A stretch of 64,000 nt of DNA from Oscillospiraceae bacterium (GCA_022793095.1 JAAWCD010000002.1:13037-77036), one strand, 5' to 3'; counted from the stretch's first letter, positions 8,799-17,080 are shown. Numbers and translations: made by a program. The notes: generated by a model not told the origin, from the sequence alone.

Positions 8799-10521
8799 GG
8801 GGTCCAGGGGCGGAGCCCCTGGGCGGCAGGGGGATGGCGAAGCTGGCGTTCTGCCGGGTGTCGGTGGCTTTCAGGAAGGCCAGGAGGCCCCAGGAGGCCA
8901 GCATGGACGATCCGCCATTCGACACAAAGGGGAACGTTACCCCGGTCAGCGGCAGCAAATCCACCGCGCCGAACATGTTCAGGCAGACCTGAAAGACCAG
9001 CAGGGACATGGCCGCACAGGCCGCAATCGTGTAAAAGCTGGACCGGCCCGCCCGGCAGGCCCGGACCGCAAACACCGCCAGCGTCACAATGGACAGCGCC
9101 GCCAGCAGGGCGATCAGCAGCCCCCATTCCTCGCACAGCATGCCGAACACCAGGTCTGTGTCCGCCGCCGCCACCCGGTGGAGCCAGCCCTTTCCCGGCC
9201 CCACCCCAATCAGGCCGCCGGAGGCCGCCGCCGACATGGCTCTGGTCTGCTGATAGCCCCCGTCAGAGGCAAATTCCCACGCCCGGCCCCAGGTGGCAAA
9301 CCGGTTCATAATATACGGCTTAAACCGCAGAATCATGCCCCCGCCAAACACTGCCCCAGCACAGATCAAGGTCAGGGTGGCAAAGTCTCCGGAGCGCAAA
9401 AAAGCAATCACGAGAAAGGTGACAAAGAAAATCGCCGCTGTTCCGAAGTCGCTCATCAGCGCCAGGCAGAGCAGGGACAGCCCCGTCAGCACCATGAACA
9501 GCCCCAGATTCCGCTTCCGAAACAGCCGGTCCAGGGTGGCCGACCCGGCAAAAATGTAGCAGATCTTGGCCAGCTCCGAGGGCTGAAAGGACATTCCTCC
9601 AATGGAAATCCAGTTGGCCGCGCCATACTTGGCCTCCGTCAGCCCCACCGCCGACAGCACCAGCGTCAGTCCCAGCAGGCCCACCGCGCCCGCGGCCATG
9701 AGCCAGCGAATGGCCTGGACCCGCTTTAAGTCCCGCAGGAAAATGCCCAGCACCAAAAAGAGAAGCAATCCCAGCCCCACCGCAATGAGCTGCTTGAGCA
9801 GTGCGCCGGGCGCTGAGGACGCCGTAATCCCCAGGGAGAGGGTGGAGAGGAAGAAGGCCAGGGTCTCCATTTCAAAGCCCACCCGCCGCAGGGCCCGCTG
9901 AATCAGCACGTAGCTCCACATGAGCAAGGTCAGACAGAGAAAGGAAAAGGGAATGGCCGGGGAAAACTCCGGCCCGGCGGCAACCATCAGCTGGGCCGCC
10001 GTGAGCAGCTGGAAGACCGTGAGCAGCACCAGACTGCCCCAGTGGGGCCGGGCAGCCTCCGCGCTCCGGCGGGCGGAGCGGTAGCGCTCCTGTTCCTGTT
10101 CCGGAACCGCCCGTAACACGGTCTGAACGCCCCCCAGCTCAATAACATCCCCAAACCGGACCGGGGCAGAGGTCTCCACCCGCTTTCCGTTGACGGAAGC
10201 GCCGCCCTTGGAGCCCAGGTCGTAGAGGGTCCAGCCCCCATCTTCGGAGCGGATGAGGGCGGCGTGCTGCCGGGATACGGTGGGGTAGTTGAGCACCACG
10301 TCGGAGCGGGAGGAGCGGCCCAGAATGTTTTCCCAATGGCTCAGGGGCTGAAGGGCCCCGTTGGGCAGGGCGAGCTGCGCCCACAGCTCGGGAATGTGGG
10401 GGACCGTGAGCAGGTCCCGTATGACTCCGGCCAGCATGAGCACCGCCAGCACCGGAAAGCAGAACCGGACCACCGTGGTGAACATCGCCCCCGCCTCGGG
10501 CGACGAAAGCAGCCATTCCAA
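8785..10521 (-). CDS. FHA-domain / SEDS (FtsW/RodA/SpoVE family) fusion protein
   Basis: The N-terminal ~140 aa carry an FHA signature (ILGRSSRSDVVLNYPTVSRQHAALIRSEDGGWTLYDLGSKGGASVNGKRV). The rest is a polytopic SEDS-type protein. Start is TTG at 10521 or ATG at 10485. Confidence 0.88.
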   Translation of the reverse strand: MEWLLSSPEAGAMFTTVVRFCFPVLAVLMLAGVIRDLLTVPHIPELWAQLALPNGALQPLSHWENILGRSSRSDVVLNYPTVSRQHAALIRSEDGGWTLYDLGSKGGASVNGKRVETSAPVRFGDVIELGGVQTVLRAVPEQEQERYRSARRSAEAARPHWGSLVLLTVFQLLTAAQLMVAAGPEFSPAIPFSFLCLTLLMWSYVLIQRALRRVGFEMETLAFFLSTLSLGITASSAPGALLKQLIAVGLGLLLFLVLGIFLRDLKRVQAIRWLMAAGAVGLLGLTLVLSAVGLTEAKYGAANWISIGGMSFQPSELAKICYIFAGSATLDRLFRKRNLGLFMVLTGLSLLCLALMSDFGTAAIFFVTFLVIAFLRSGDFATLTLICAGAVFGGGMILRFKPYIMNRFATWGRAWEFASDGGYQQTRAMSAAASGGLIGVGPGKGWLHRVAAADTDLVFGMLCEEWGLLIALLAALSIVTLAVFAVRACRAGRSSFYTIAACAAMSLLVFQVCLNMFGAVDLLPLTGVTFPFVSNGGSSMLASWGLLAFLKATDTRQNASFAIPLPPRGSAPGPRSFS

Positions 10522-10538
10522 GAAAACGCCCCCTTTCT

Positions 10539-10583
10539 GTTCTTTTTCTTGAAAGAAAAAGAACCAAAAAGAACTTCAAATTT
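10539..10583 (-). repeat. family A unit A3
   Basis: GTTCTTTTTCTTGAAAGAAAAAGAAC + CAAAAAGAACTTCAAATTT. Confidence 0.9.
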
Positions 10584-10814
10584 AAATTTCACCGAATTAG
10601 AAACCACATAATGAATAAATTCTTCGATACAAGCAGGCTTACACTCCATACAGTTCAATATCATCAAAAAACCGTTGTTCAGCTTTCGTAGTCCTTCTGT
10701 CGAGGGCCCTCCCGACGTGTTTGATACCTATCGCCAAGCCGCCCATCGCGGGCGAAAAGAGAAGCGGCGGACCTCCGGAGGGCAACCGCCGTCCTGAAAG
10801 CCGCCGCAGTCCGC

Positions 10815-10872
10815 CAGCATAAAGTTCTTTTGCCTACTTTTCTTTCAAGAAAAGTAGGTCAAGAAAAGTAGG
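10815..10872 (+). repeat. family A unit A4 plus a 14-bp tandem copy of its 3' arm
   Basis: CAGCATAAAGTTCTTTTG + CCTACTTTTCTTTCAAGAAAAGTAGG (to 10858). TCAAGAAAAGTAGG is then repeated at 10859-10872. Confidence 0.9.
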
Positions 10873-11854
10873 AAATTTCGCCGGCCAGGTTGGTGGAGAA
10901 GCAGCGGCGAACCTCCTCCAGGCTGCTGGTCTGGCCCAGAATCCACATGAGCTTGGTGACCGCCGCCTCTGTCGTCATATCGCCGGTCTGGATGACCCCC
11001 TGATCCAGCGCCTTTTGGCCCGTCTGGTACAGGGAAAAGTCGCTCCGCTCATAAAGACACTGGGAGCATACCACCACCGCAATCCCCGCCGCCGTCATCT
11101 TATGAAGCTTGGAAATCAGGTCCCGCCGGATGAAGTGAAGCCCGCCCGCGCCAAAGGCCTCAATGACAATGCCCCGGTAGCGCATACGCAGCAGCATGTC
11201 AAAAATCTCCGGGTTCAGTCCGGGCGTCAACTTGATGAGAAACACATCCCGGCACAGCCGGTTCCGCAGAACGCAGGGTTCTCCGTCATGGACGGGCTGA
11301 ATGTGGAGATTCAGCCCGCTGCCGCTGACTGTGGCGGCCAGGGGCGCGTTCACGCTCTCGAAGGCGTCAAAGCCGGTGGTTTTGGTCTTCACCGCCCGGG
11401 TGCCCAGGATGATTTTCCGGTCAAAGGCCACAAAGACGCCGGGCACCCCGGAGGCCGCCATGGCCAGCGCTGCCCGCAGATTCTCCAGGGCGTCCGTCAG
11501 CGGGTGGTCAATGGAGAGCTGTGCCCCGGTCAGCACCACCGGGATGCCGATATGGAGCAGCATGAAGGACAGCACCGAGGCCGTATACGCCATGGTATCC
11601 GTGCCATGCGTGACCACAATGCCGTCAAAACGGTTTCGGGCCTCGTGAACGGCCCTGGCAATAACCTGCCACTCCTCCGGTTGGATGTTGGAGGAGTCCA
11701 GATGCAGAATGTCCCGCACTGTCAGCTCATAGTGATCCGCCATGGGGCCCAGCCGGTGGGCCATGGCGTCCCCGCCAATTCCCGGCGCCAGCCCCTCCAC
11801 AGTGGGAATCGAGGCAATGGTTCCGCCCGTCGTCAGCAAAAGCAGCCGCTTCAC
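10859..11854 (-). CDS. ansA: L-asparaginase (type I family)
   Basis: LLLTTGGTIAS threonine active-site signature near the N-terminus. The GTG at 11854 is preceded by AAAGGAGG. The track start at 11905 is upstream of the RBS. Confidence 0.88.
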   Translation of the reverse strand: MKRLLLLTTGGTIASIPTVEGLAPGIGGDAMAHRLGPMADHYELTVRDILHLDSSNIQPEEWQVIARAVHEARNRFDGIVVTHGTDTMAYTASVLSFMLLHIGIPVVLTGAQLSIDHPLTDALENLRAALAMAASGVPGVFVAFDRKIILGTRAVKTKTTGFDAFESVNAPLAATVSGSGLNLHIQPVHDGEPCVLRNRLCRDVFLIKLTPGLNPEIFDMLLRMRYRGIVIEAFGAGGLHFIRRDLISKLHKMTAAGIAVVVCSQCLYERSDFSLYQTGQKALDQGVIQTGDMTTEAAVTKLMWILGQTSSLEEVRRCFSTNLAGEISYFS

Positions 11855-11875
11855 GCCGCTTACCTCCTTTTTTCT

Positions 11876-11920
11876 GCCTCCTTTTCTTGAAGGAAAAGGA
11901 GGCAAAGAGCTTTAAACTGG
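11876..11920 (-). repeat. family A unit A5
   Basis: GCCTCCTTTTCTTGAAGGAAAAGGAGGC + AAAGAGCTTTAAACTGG. Confidence 0.9.
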
Positions 11921-11947
11921 TTCTATGGAAAGACGCTCTAAAGAGCG

Positions 11948-11992
11948 CGGTTTGAAGTTCTTTTCGGTTCTTTTTCTTCCAAGAAAAAGAAT
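11948..11992 (+). repeat. family A unit A6
   Basis: CGGTTTGAAGTTCTTTTCG + GTTCTTTTTCTTCCAAGAAAAAGAAT. Confidence 0.9.
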
Positions 11993-11998
11993 GGAAAC

Positions 11999-13093
11999 TC
12001 AAGTTGTATAGGGCTTATTACTGCCGTCCAGGGTGGTGATGGTCACATCGTCCAGGGTCAGCTCCCGCTGGTAGGGGTTCAGCCGCTGGTTTACCATGTC
12101 CACCACCTCCTGGGGATACAGCGCCACATACCAGCCGCCGCCGTACTGAGCTGCGTAGTTGCCTGGCAGGGTGCCGCTGCTGATATCACTCATGTCCAGC
12201 CGGGTCAGCACCTGGTTGGCAAAGGCCGTCATGTTCCTGACCGAAAGATCCGTTTCCACATGGTCCATCACAATGCCCACCAGCTCCGGCACCTTCAGCG
12301 GATGGGCCAGCACCTGGGCCAGCACCGCCTTGATGAGCGCTTGCTGCGTCTCCATCCGCTTTTGATCGTTGTAGCCCGCGTTCACAGAGGGGTCGTTGTC
12401 GTGGCGGTAGCGGACCACTTTAATGGCGTCCGCCCCGCTGAGGCGGGTCATGCCCCGGTTAAAGTGAATGTGGAGCTCCTGACCCGGCGTGGGGTCGTCG
12501 TAATTCATATTGACCGGCACCTCAAAGTCCACGCCGCCCAGGGCGTCAATGCCCGCTACAAAGCCATTCAGGTCCACCTTGATATAGTAGTCGATGGGCA
12601 CGCCCAGCAGCTTCCGAAGCTCCGCCTTGAGCTGGTCCACGCCGCCGTTGTTGTAGGAGCTGTTGATTTTCCGGATTTTCCCGCTGCTGTTGAGAATCAT
12701 GGTGTCCCGCGGCACGCTCACCATGTGGACCTCCTGATTCACCGTGTCATACTGGACCACGATGATGGTATCCGTGCCCCCGTTGTTGTGGTCCGTGCCG
12801 CAGAGCAGAACGTTGTATACACCCTCCCTCCGCTGATGAGTCCCGGACGGTGACGGATTGGACGGCGTAAAAACGTCCTCATCTTCTCCGCCGGCATCTG
12901 GCAGCTCCGGCAGGGCGCTGGTCTCCTCCGGGAACAGCGGCAGGTCGGGCAGAACGGTCATATATTGATAAATACAGAATCCCACGACAATAAAGGCCGA
13001 GAGAATCACCAAAAAGCGATAAAACCGGGAAAATCCGCTCCGCTTTGGCTTCTTTTTCATCCGGCGGGGCTGCTGCTTGATACGAGAACCCAC
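11999..13093 (-). CDS. LytR-CpsA-Psr (LCP) family cell-envelope phosphotransferase
   Basis: N-terminal TM segment, then YNVLLCGTDHNNGGTDTIIVVQYD...VSVPRDT, typical of the LCP domain. GTG start with GAGGAGGGG upstream. Confidence 0.88.
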   Translation of the reverse strand: MGSRIKQQPRRMKKKPKRSGFSRFYRFLVILSAFIVVGFCIYQYMTVLPDLPLFPEETSALPELPDAGGEDEDVFTPSNPSPSGTHQRREGVYNVLLCGTDHNNGGTDTIIVVQYDTVNQEVHMVSVPRDTMILNSSGKIRKINSSYNNGGVDQLKAELRKLLGVPIDYYIKVDLNGFVAGIDALGGVDFEVPVNMNYDDPTPGQELHIHFNRGMTRLSGADAIKVVRYRHDNDPSVNAGYNDQKRMETQQALIKAVLAQVLAHPLKVPELVGIVMDHVETDLSVRNMTAFANQVLTRLDMSDISSGTLPGNYAAQYGGGWYVALYPQEVVDMVNQRLNPYQRELTLDDVTITTLDGSNKPYTT

Positions 13094-13290
13094 AAGGTTC
13101 CCCTCCTCTCTTGGGACAGTCTGAACAGGCGTTCACAGCTTGTCTGTAAATCAGCCAATATTCAGTATACCGGAGGAGACGGAATTCCACAAGAAAAAGT
13201 TTGCGCTGACAGAAAATCTTCACATCTCCTTTACATTTTCCAAAGCCCCGCCAGTGGAAGGCATGCCCTTTGCATCCATCCGAAGGGCGT

Positions 13291-13866
13291 CTACAGTTCC
13301 TCTCCCACCGTCAGCCTGTGTTCGGCCAGCGCGGCCTCGTCCATCCCGTGAGTCACCAGCAGCACCGGCAGGCCCAGGCTCCGGACGCCCTCCATCAGCC
13401 GGGCGCGGCGGGCCGGGTCAACCCCGGTGAAGGGCTCATCCAGCAGCAGAAGCTGCCGCCCCTTGGCGTAGGCCAGCGCCCGCGCCAGGGACAGCCGGCG
13501 GCGCATGCCGCCGGACAGAGATTCCGGATAGGCGCCGGCCTCCCCCTCCAGCTCCGCCAGGGCCAGCCATTGAGGGCCTTCCCTGTGCCGCTCCGGCGGC
13601 AGAACATCGGTAATCTGCTGCAAGGCGGTCCGCCAGGGCAGCAGCCGGTTTTCCTGAAACATCAGCGCCGCGCCGCCGGGCCGGACCCCTGTGACCCGGC
13701 CGGAAGCCGGATGCTCCAAGCCTGCCAGCAGGCGGAGTATGGTCGTTTTTCCCATGCCCGAGGGCCCGGTCAGAGCGGTGACGCCCGACTCCGGCACCCG
13801 GAGGGTCAGGCGGTCCAGCACCTGCTTTTCTCCGTAGAAAAAGGAGACGTTCTCCAGGCCAATCAC
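13291..13866 (-). CDS. ABC transporter ATP-binding protein (NitT/TauT-type, short)
   Basis: The C-terminal 191 aa of the 509-aa track ORF carry GPSGMGKTT, LSGGMRRR, LLLLDEP and VTHG. The GTG at 13866 is preceded by AAAGGAGG and overlaps the permease stop (GTGA). Confidence 0.85.
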   Translation of the reverse strand: MIGLENVSFFYGEKQVLDRLTLRVPESGVTALTGPSGMGKTTILRLLAGLEHPASGRVTGVRPGGAALMFQENRLLPWRTALQQITDVLPPERHREGPQWLALAELEGEAGAYPESLSGGMRRRLSLARALAYAKGRQLLLLDEPFTGVDPARRARLMEGVRSLGLPVLLVTHGMDEAALAEHRLTVGEEL

Positions 13867-14666
13867 GAACCCCGCCTCCTTTCCAGCTGCCGCAGTCCAG
13901 CGGACAGCGCCCGTTCCAGTACCAGAGACAGCAGCAGGACCACCAGAGTCCAGCCGAATAGGGCCGGGGTGTCCAGGCTGATTTTGGAGCGGTACAGCTC
14001 CGTGCCCACCGCCCAGCGGGGCTGGCAGAGTACCTCTGCCGCCACGCCGGACTTCCAGGCCAGGCCCAGCCCGTTGAGCACACCGCTGGTGAAGTAGGGC
14101 AGGACGGAGGGGATGTAAATCAGTCTCAGGGTTTTTCCCCGGGAAAAGCCGTAAGCCTGGGCCAGCTCCAGCAGCTCGGGGCTGGTTTCCCCGATGCCCC
14201 GGCGGACAGTCTCCCACACCACCGGAAGCACCATCAGGCCGGAGATGACTCCCGGCACCAGTCCGGTTCGGACCCAAAGGAGGACCAGCACGATAAAGGA
14301 GGCCACCGGCGTGGCCCGCACCACCCGAACAGCAGGGGAGAGGAGGAGGTCCGCCCCCTTGAACGCCCAGGTCAGGGCGGCCAGCAGGGTCCCCAGAGCC
14401 ACGCCAACGGCCAGACCGGTAAAAATCCGGACCAGGCTGAGCAGGGCGCTGCGCCAGAAAAGGGCCGTGCCCGCCAGCTCTGCCAGCCGGCTGATCACCG
14501 CGAAGGGCGCGGGGAGGAGCAGCACATGGCCTTGGGCCAGGGCGGCGGTCCAGGCCAGGGCTTTCCCGGTATTCTGTGCGTTGGCCAGGGCCAGCCCTGT
14601 GGCGGCCAGCTGCCACACCAGCAGCCAGAACAGCAGCGGCAGCAGAATTCTCCTCAGCGGCTTCAT
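13863..14666 (-). CDS. ABC transporter permease (NitT/TauT-type)
   Basis: 267-aa polytopic ORF in an operon with the ATPase and the NMT1-like binding protein. Confidence 0.85.
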   Translation of the reverse strand: MKPLRRILLPLLFWLLVWQLAATGLALANAQNTGKALAWTAALAQGHVLLLPAPFAVISRLAELAGTALFWRSALLSLVRIFTGLAVGVALGTLLAALTWAFKGADLLLSPAVRVVRATPVASFIVLVLLWVRTGLVPGVISGLMVLPVVWETVRRGIGETSPELLELAQAYGFSRGKTLRLIYIPSVLPYFTSGVLNGLGLAWKSGVAAEVLCQPRWAVGTELYRSKISLDTPALFGWTLVVLLLSLVLERALSAGLRQLERRRGS

Positions 14667-14685
14667 AACTCACCTTCTTTTTTCT

Positions 14686-14912
14686 CTTCTTTTCTTGTAA
14701 GAAAAGAAGCCAGCTTGTCGAAAAAGAGGAAATTAAAAATAGAATGACAAAACTGCGAGGGCTTTGAGTGGGGGGATAGTGTGAAAGGGGGGCGAAGCCC
14801 CCGCTTTCGCGTGCAGTCACCCGCCCGCAGGCGACTGATTTCGTCAGAATGACGAAATCAGCTTCAGGCTGTCGACTTTGTCGACAGCCTGAAGCAAAAG
14901 AACTTCAAACTG
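14686..14912 (-). repeat. family A unit A7, split by family B copy B1
   Basis: Hairpin CTTCTTTTCTTGTAAGAAAAGAAG at 14686-14709. The tail AAGCAAAAGAACTTCAAACTG at 14892-14912 is separated from it by the 181-bp insertion. Confidence 0.85.
14711..14891 (-). mobile_element. family B 180-bp MITE-like element, copy B1
   Basis: About 90% or more identical by eye to the copies at 19949 and 38584. Termini are CAGCTTGTCGA...TCGACAGCCTG. Flanked by AAGC at 14707-14710 and 14892-14895. Confidence 0.85.
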
Positions 14913-14939
14913 CCTTCTTTGGTCAATTTCCGTCAGAAT

Positions 14940-14981
14940 CAGTTTGAAGTTCTTTTCGTTTCTTTTCACTCTGAAAAGAGA
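14940..14981 (+). repeat. family A unit A8
   Basis: CAGTTTGAAGTTCTTTTCG + TTTCTTTTCACTCTGAAAAGAGA. It ends 1 nt before the stop codon at 14982. Confidence 0.85.
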
Positions 14982-16061
14982 TCAACCCACGTAATAAAAT
15001 GCGTCGTCGGGAATCGCGCCGCCGATGGATGTGGGATCGGCGGTATAGAGCATGCTCAGGTAGTCCTGAAGGGCGGGCTGAATCTCCGCGCCGGTGACAC
15101 AGACCAGATTACAGTCCGGAATGGCCCGCAGGGCAATCTGCTCGTTGGCAGTGATTTCAAATTGGGCCACCATGGGAGCGGCCTCCTCCGGGTTCTCCTT
15201 CACGTAGTTGACCGACTCCCCGTATTCCTCCAGAAAGGCGGAAACCAGGTCGGGATGCTCCTCCAGGAAGCCCGTCCGGGCCACCACACACCCCATGGTC
15301 AAGACGCTCCCATTGGTGACGGAGCTGTTCCAGACCTCTGTCAGGTCCAGTGCTGCCCGCACGTCCGGATTCTTCATCTGTACCGCCGTGGCCGCGGGCA
15401 CCGGCAGCATGCACACCTCCGCCTCACCGGAAGCCATTAGGGCTGTGATTTCATCCGCGGCCCGCCACTCAATGGTCACATCCTCGCCAGGGGTCAGGCC
15501 GTTCTGCTCCAGCAGGTAGTTCAAAACGTACTCCGGGTTGGCGCCCTGGCCGGTGGCATAGATGGTCTTTCCCGCCAGGCCGTCCATGGACTGGATGCTG
15601 TTTCCGTTTTCCAGCAGGTAAAGCACACCCAGGGTGTTTAGCGCGATGACCTTGATGCCGCCGTTGGTTTTCTGATAGAGGGACGCGGCCAGATTGGTGG
15701 AAATGGCCGCGATGTCCAGCTCGCCGTTGACCAGCTTTGGGACAATCTCATTGGCCGGGTCAGAGGCAAGCGTGACGTTATAGACCAGCGCGTCAGACGA
15801 AAGCTCATTGTCATAGAGCAGCTTAGCCGCGCCCACACCGGTGGGGCCCTTCAGCATGGCCAGATTGACCTTAACCATATCTCCGCCGGGGGTGGGCTCG
15901 GGCGCGTCTGTGGGCTCAGGCGAGGGGGTGGGTTCCACGGAAGCCGTGGGTTCTGTGGTGGGCGGGTTGGTTTCCTCCGCAGGCTTGGGGCCGCAGCCAG
16001 CCAGCAGAGTACAGGAGAGCGCCGCCGCCAGAGCGAGGGCTATGATTCGAGTTCGGTTCAT
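14982..16061 (-). CDS. ABC transporter substrate-binding lipoprotein (NMT1/THI5-like, NitT/TauT family)
   Basis: Lipobox ALSCTLLAGC, a Pro/Thr/Glu-rich linker, then a periplasmic binding-protein-like body. Operon context with the permease and ATPase. Confidence 0.85.
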   Translation of the reverse strand: MNRTRIIALALAAALSCTLLAGCGPKPAEETNPPTTEPTASVEPTPSPEPTDAPEPTPGGDMVKVNLAMLKGPTGVGAAKLLYDNELSSDALVYNVTLASDPANEIVPKLVNGELDIAAISTNLAASLYQKTNGGIKVIALNTLGVLYLLENGNSIQSMDGLAGKTIYATGQGANPEYVLNYLLEQNGLTPGEDVTIEWRAADEITALMASGEAEVCMLPVPAATAVQMKNPDVRAALDLTEVWNSSVTNGSVLTMGCVVARTGFLEEHPDLVSAFLEEYGESVNYVKENPEEAAPMVAQFEITANEQIALRAIPDCNLVCVTGAEIQPALQDYLSMLYTADPTSIGGAIPDDAFYYVG

Positions 16062-16099
16062 AATATGATAACGCTTCCTTTCTGAGATGGATATCTATT

Positions 16100-16306
16100 C
16101 TCTTCTTTTCTTGCAAGAGCCTGTTTAACATCTCCGGGTGCGCCGGATGGGCCGGAATTTTTTCGTCCAGCAAGGAAAAAAGCGCAGGAATCCTGGAGTA
16201 TTCCGAGCATGTTTGACGCCGCAGGACGGAAAAAGGCCGGTTCAGACGGTGCGTCAGGAGATGTTAAACCAGATCATAAGAAAAGAAGCAAAAGAACGTT
16301 AAACTG
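16100..16306 (-). repeat. family A unit A9, hairpin loop interrupted by family C element
   Basis: The left part, CTCTTCTTTTCTTGCAAGAG, is at 16100-16119. The right part, ...ATAAGAAAAGAAG + CAAAAGAACGTTAAACTG, is at 16273-16306. Confidence 0.8.
16120..16272. mobile_element. family C 153-bp TIR element (MITE-like)
   Basis: Terminal inverted repeats: CTGTTTAACATCTCC at 16121-16135 and GGAGATGTTAAACCAG at 16257-16272. No ORF. It sits inside a family A hairpin. Confidence 0.7.
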
Positions 16307-16333
16307 ACGGGACCTTTGCACAAACAGGGGCTG

Positions 16334-16373
16334 GAGGTTCTTTTTGATTCTCTTCCTTAAGGAAAGAAGGAGC
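16334..16373 (+). repeat. family A unit A10 (degenerate)
   Basis: GGAGGTTCTTTTTG + ATTCTCTTCCTTAAGGAAAGAAGGAG. It ends 5 nt before the crp-family stop codon. Confidence 0.45.
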
Positions 16374-16378
16374 AGCCG

Positions 16379-17080
16379 CTATACAAGGGCCAGCCGGTCC
16401 CGGTCCATCACCCGGATGCAGCGGCCGGTACGGGTAAGGATCCCGTCAGCCGTCATGCTGTCCAGAGACCGGTACAGAGAAGCCCGGCCAATGTGAAGCC
16501 GGTCGGCCAGACCGCTCAGAGAGCAGTCCAGACGCACACATTCCCCCTCCAGCCGGGACAGCAGGTATTGGGCCACCTTCCGCCCGGCGCTGCCCGCAAT
16601 AAGCGCGTCAATCTTCCCGCTGAGGAACCGGATACGCCCGCTGAGGTATCGGATATAATTTTCCGCCATTCTGGAGTCCTGAATCAGAAGCGACACCGCC
16701 GCCTGGGGGAAAAAGAGAATTCGTGCCTCCGTTCGGGCTGTGATGGTGGTCACATAGTCCTCGCACTCGTTGAACAGCGCTGCCCCGCCAAAGGCGTCCC
16801 CGGCGCTGAGCACGCTGACAATCATCACATTTCCCGGCTCGTTTTCCTTCGTCACCTCCGCCGCGCCGGACAGCAGAACCCCCATGCTCCGCTCGTACGT
16901 CTGGGGCGTATAAACCGTCTGACCCTTGCCATAGGTCCTCTGATAGCGGGGAACCCGCTCCAGCGCCTGAAGAAGCTCCGCCCGGCTCAGCCCGCGGAAC
17001 AGAAACAGCTTGCCCAGCAGCTCCAATTCTGATGTGCTCCAGTCCAAAACTGCTCGCCTCTTTTGTCTCATTTGGTACAT
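16379..17080 (-). CDS. Crp/Fnr-family transcriptional regulator
   Basis: cNMP-binding-like N-terminal domain (FLFRGLS...) and a C-terminal HTH (LADRLHIGRASLYRSLDSM). Confidence 0.88.
   Translation of the reverse strand: MYQMRQKRRAVLDWSTSELELLGKLFLFRGLSRAELLQALERVPRYQRTYGKGQTVYTPQTYERSMGVLLSGAAEVTKENEPGNVMIVSVLSAGDAFGGAALFNECEDYVTTITARTEARILFFPQAAVSLLIQDSRMAENYIRYLSGRIRFLSGKIDALIAGSAGRKVAQYLLSRLEGECVRLDCSLSGLADRLHIGRASLYRSLDSMTADGILTRTGRCIRVMDRDRLALV

Noticed and set aside
10584-10814. A small AT-rich ORF (part of 10341-10667, MMILNCMECKPACIEEF...) between A3 and A4.
   Set aside because: The ORF reads through a family A unit into the FHA-SEDS start region and has no RBS. The segment is more likely promoter or spacer DNA.
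14711-14725. Spo0A-box-like TGTCGAA / TTCGACA motifs at the family B termini.
   Set aside because: The 7-mer is part of the element's inverted termini and is absent from B3 (TTTGACA). There is no independent evidence for regulatory use.
13867-14820. The N-terminal ~320 aa of the 509-aa minus-strand ORF 13291-14820.
   Set aside because: Only the last 191 aa form an ABC ATPase. The upstream part overlaps the permease gene in another frame and runs through family A and B repeats. The GTG at 13866 with a good RBS is the real start.
8695-16373. Family A repeats as a CRISPR array.
   Set aside because: Spacing is irregular, from tens to thousands of bp. Copies occur in both orientations with genes between them. 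The repeat has a variable outer stem, and no cas genes are present.
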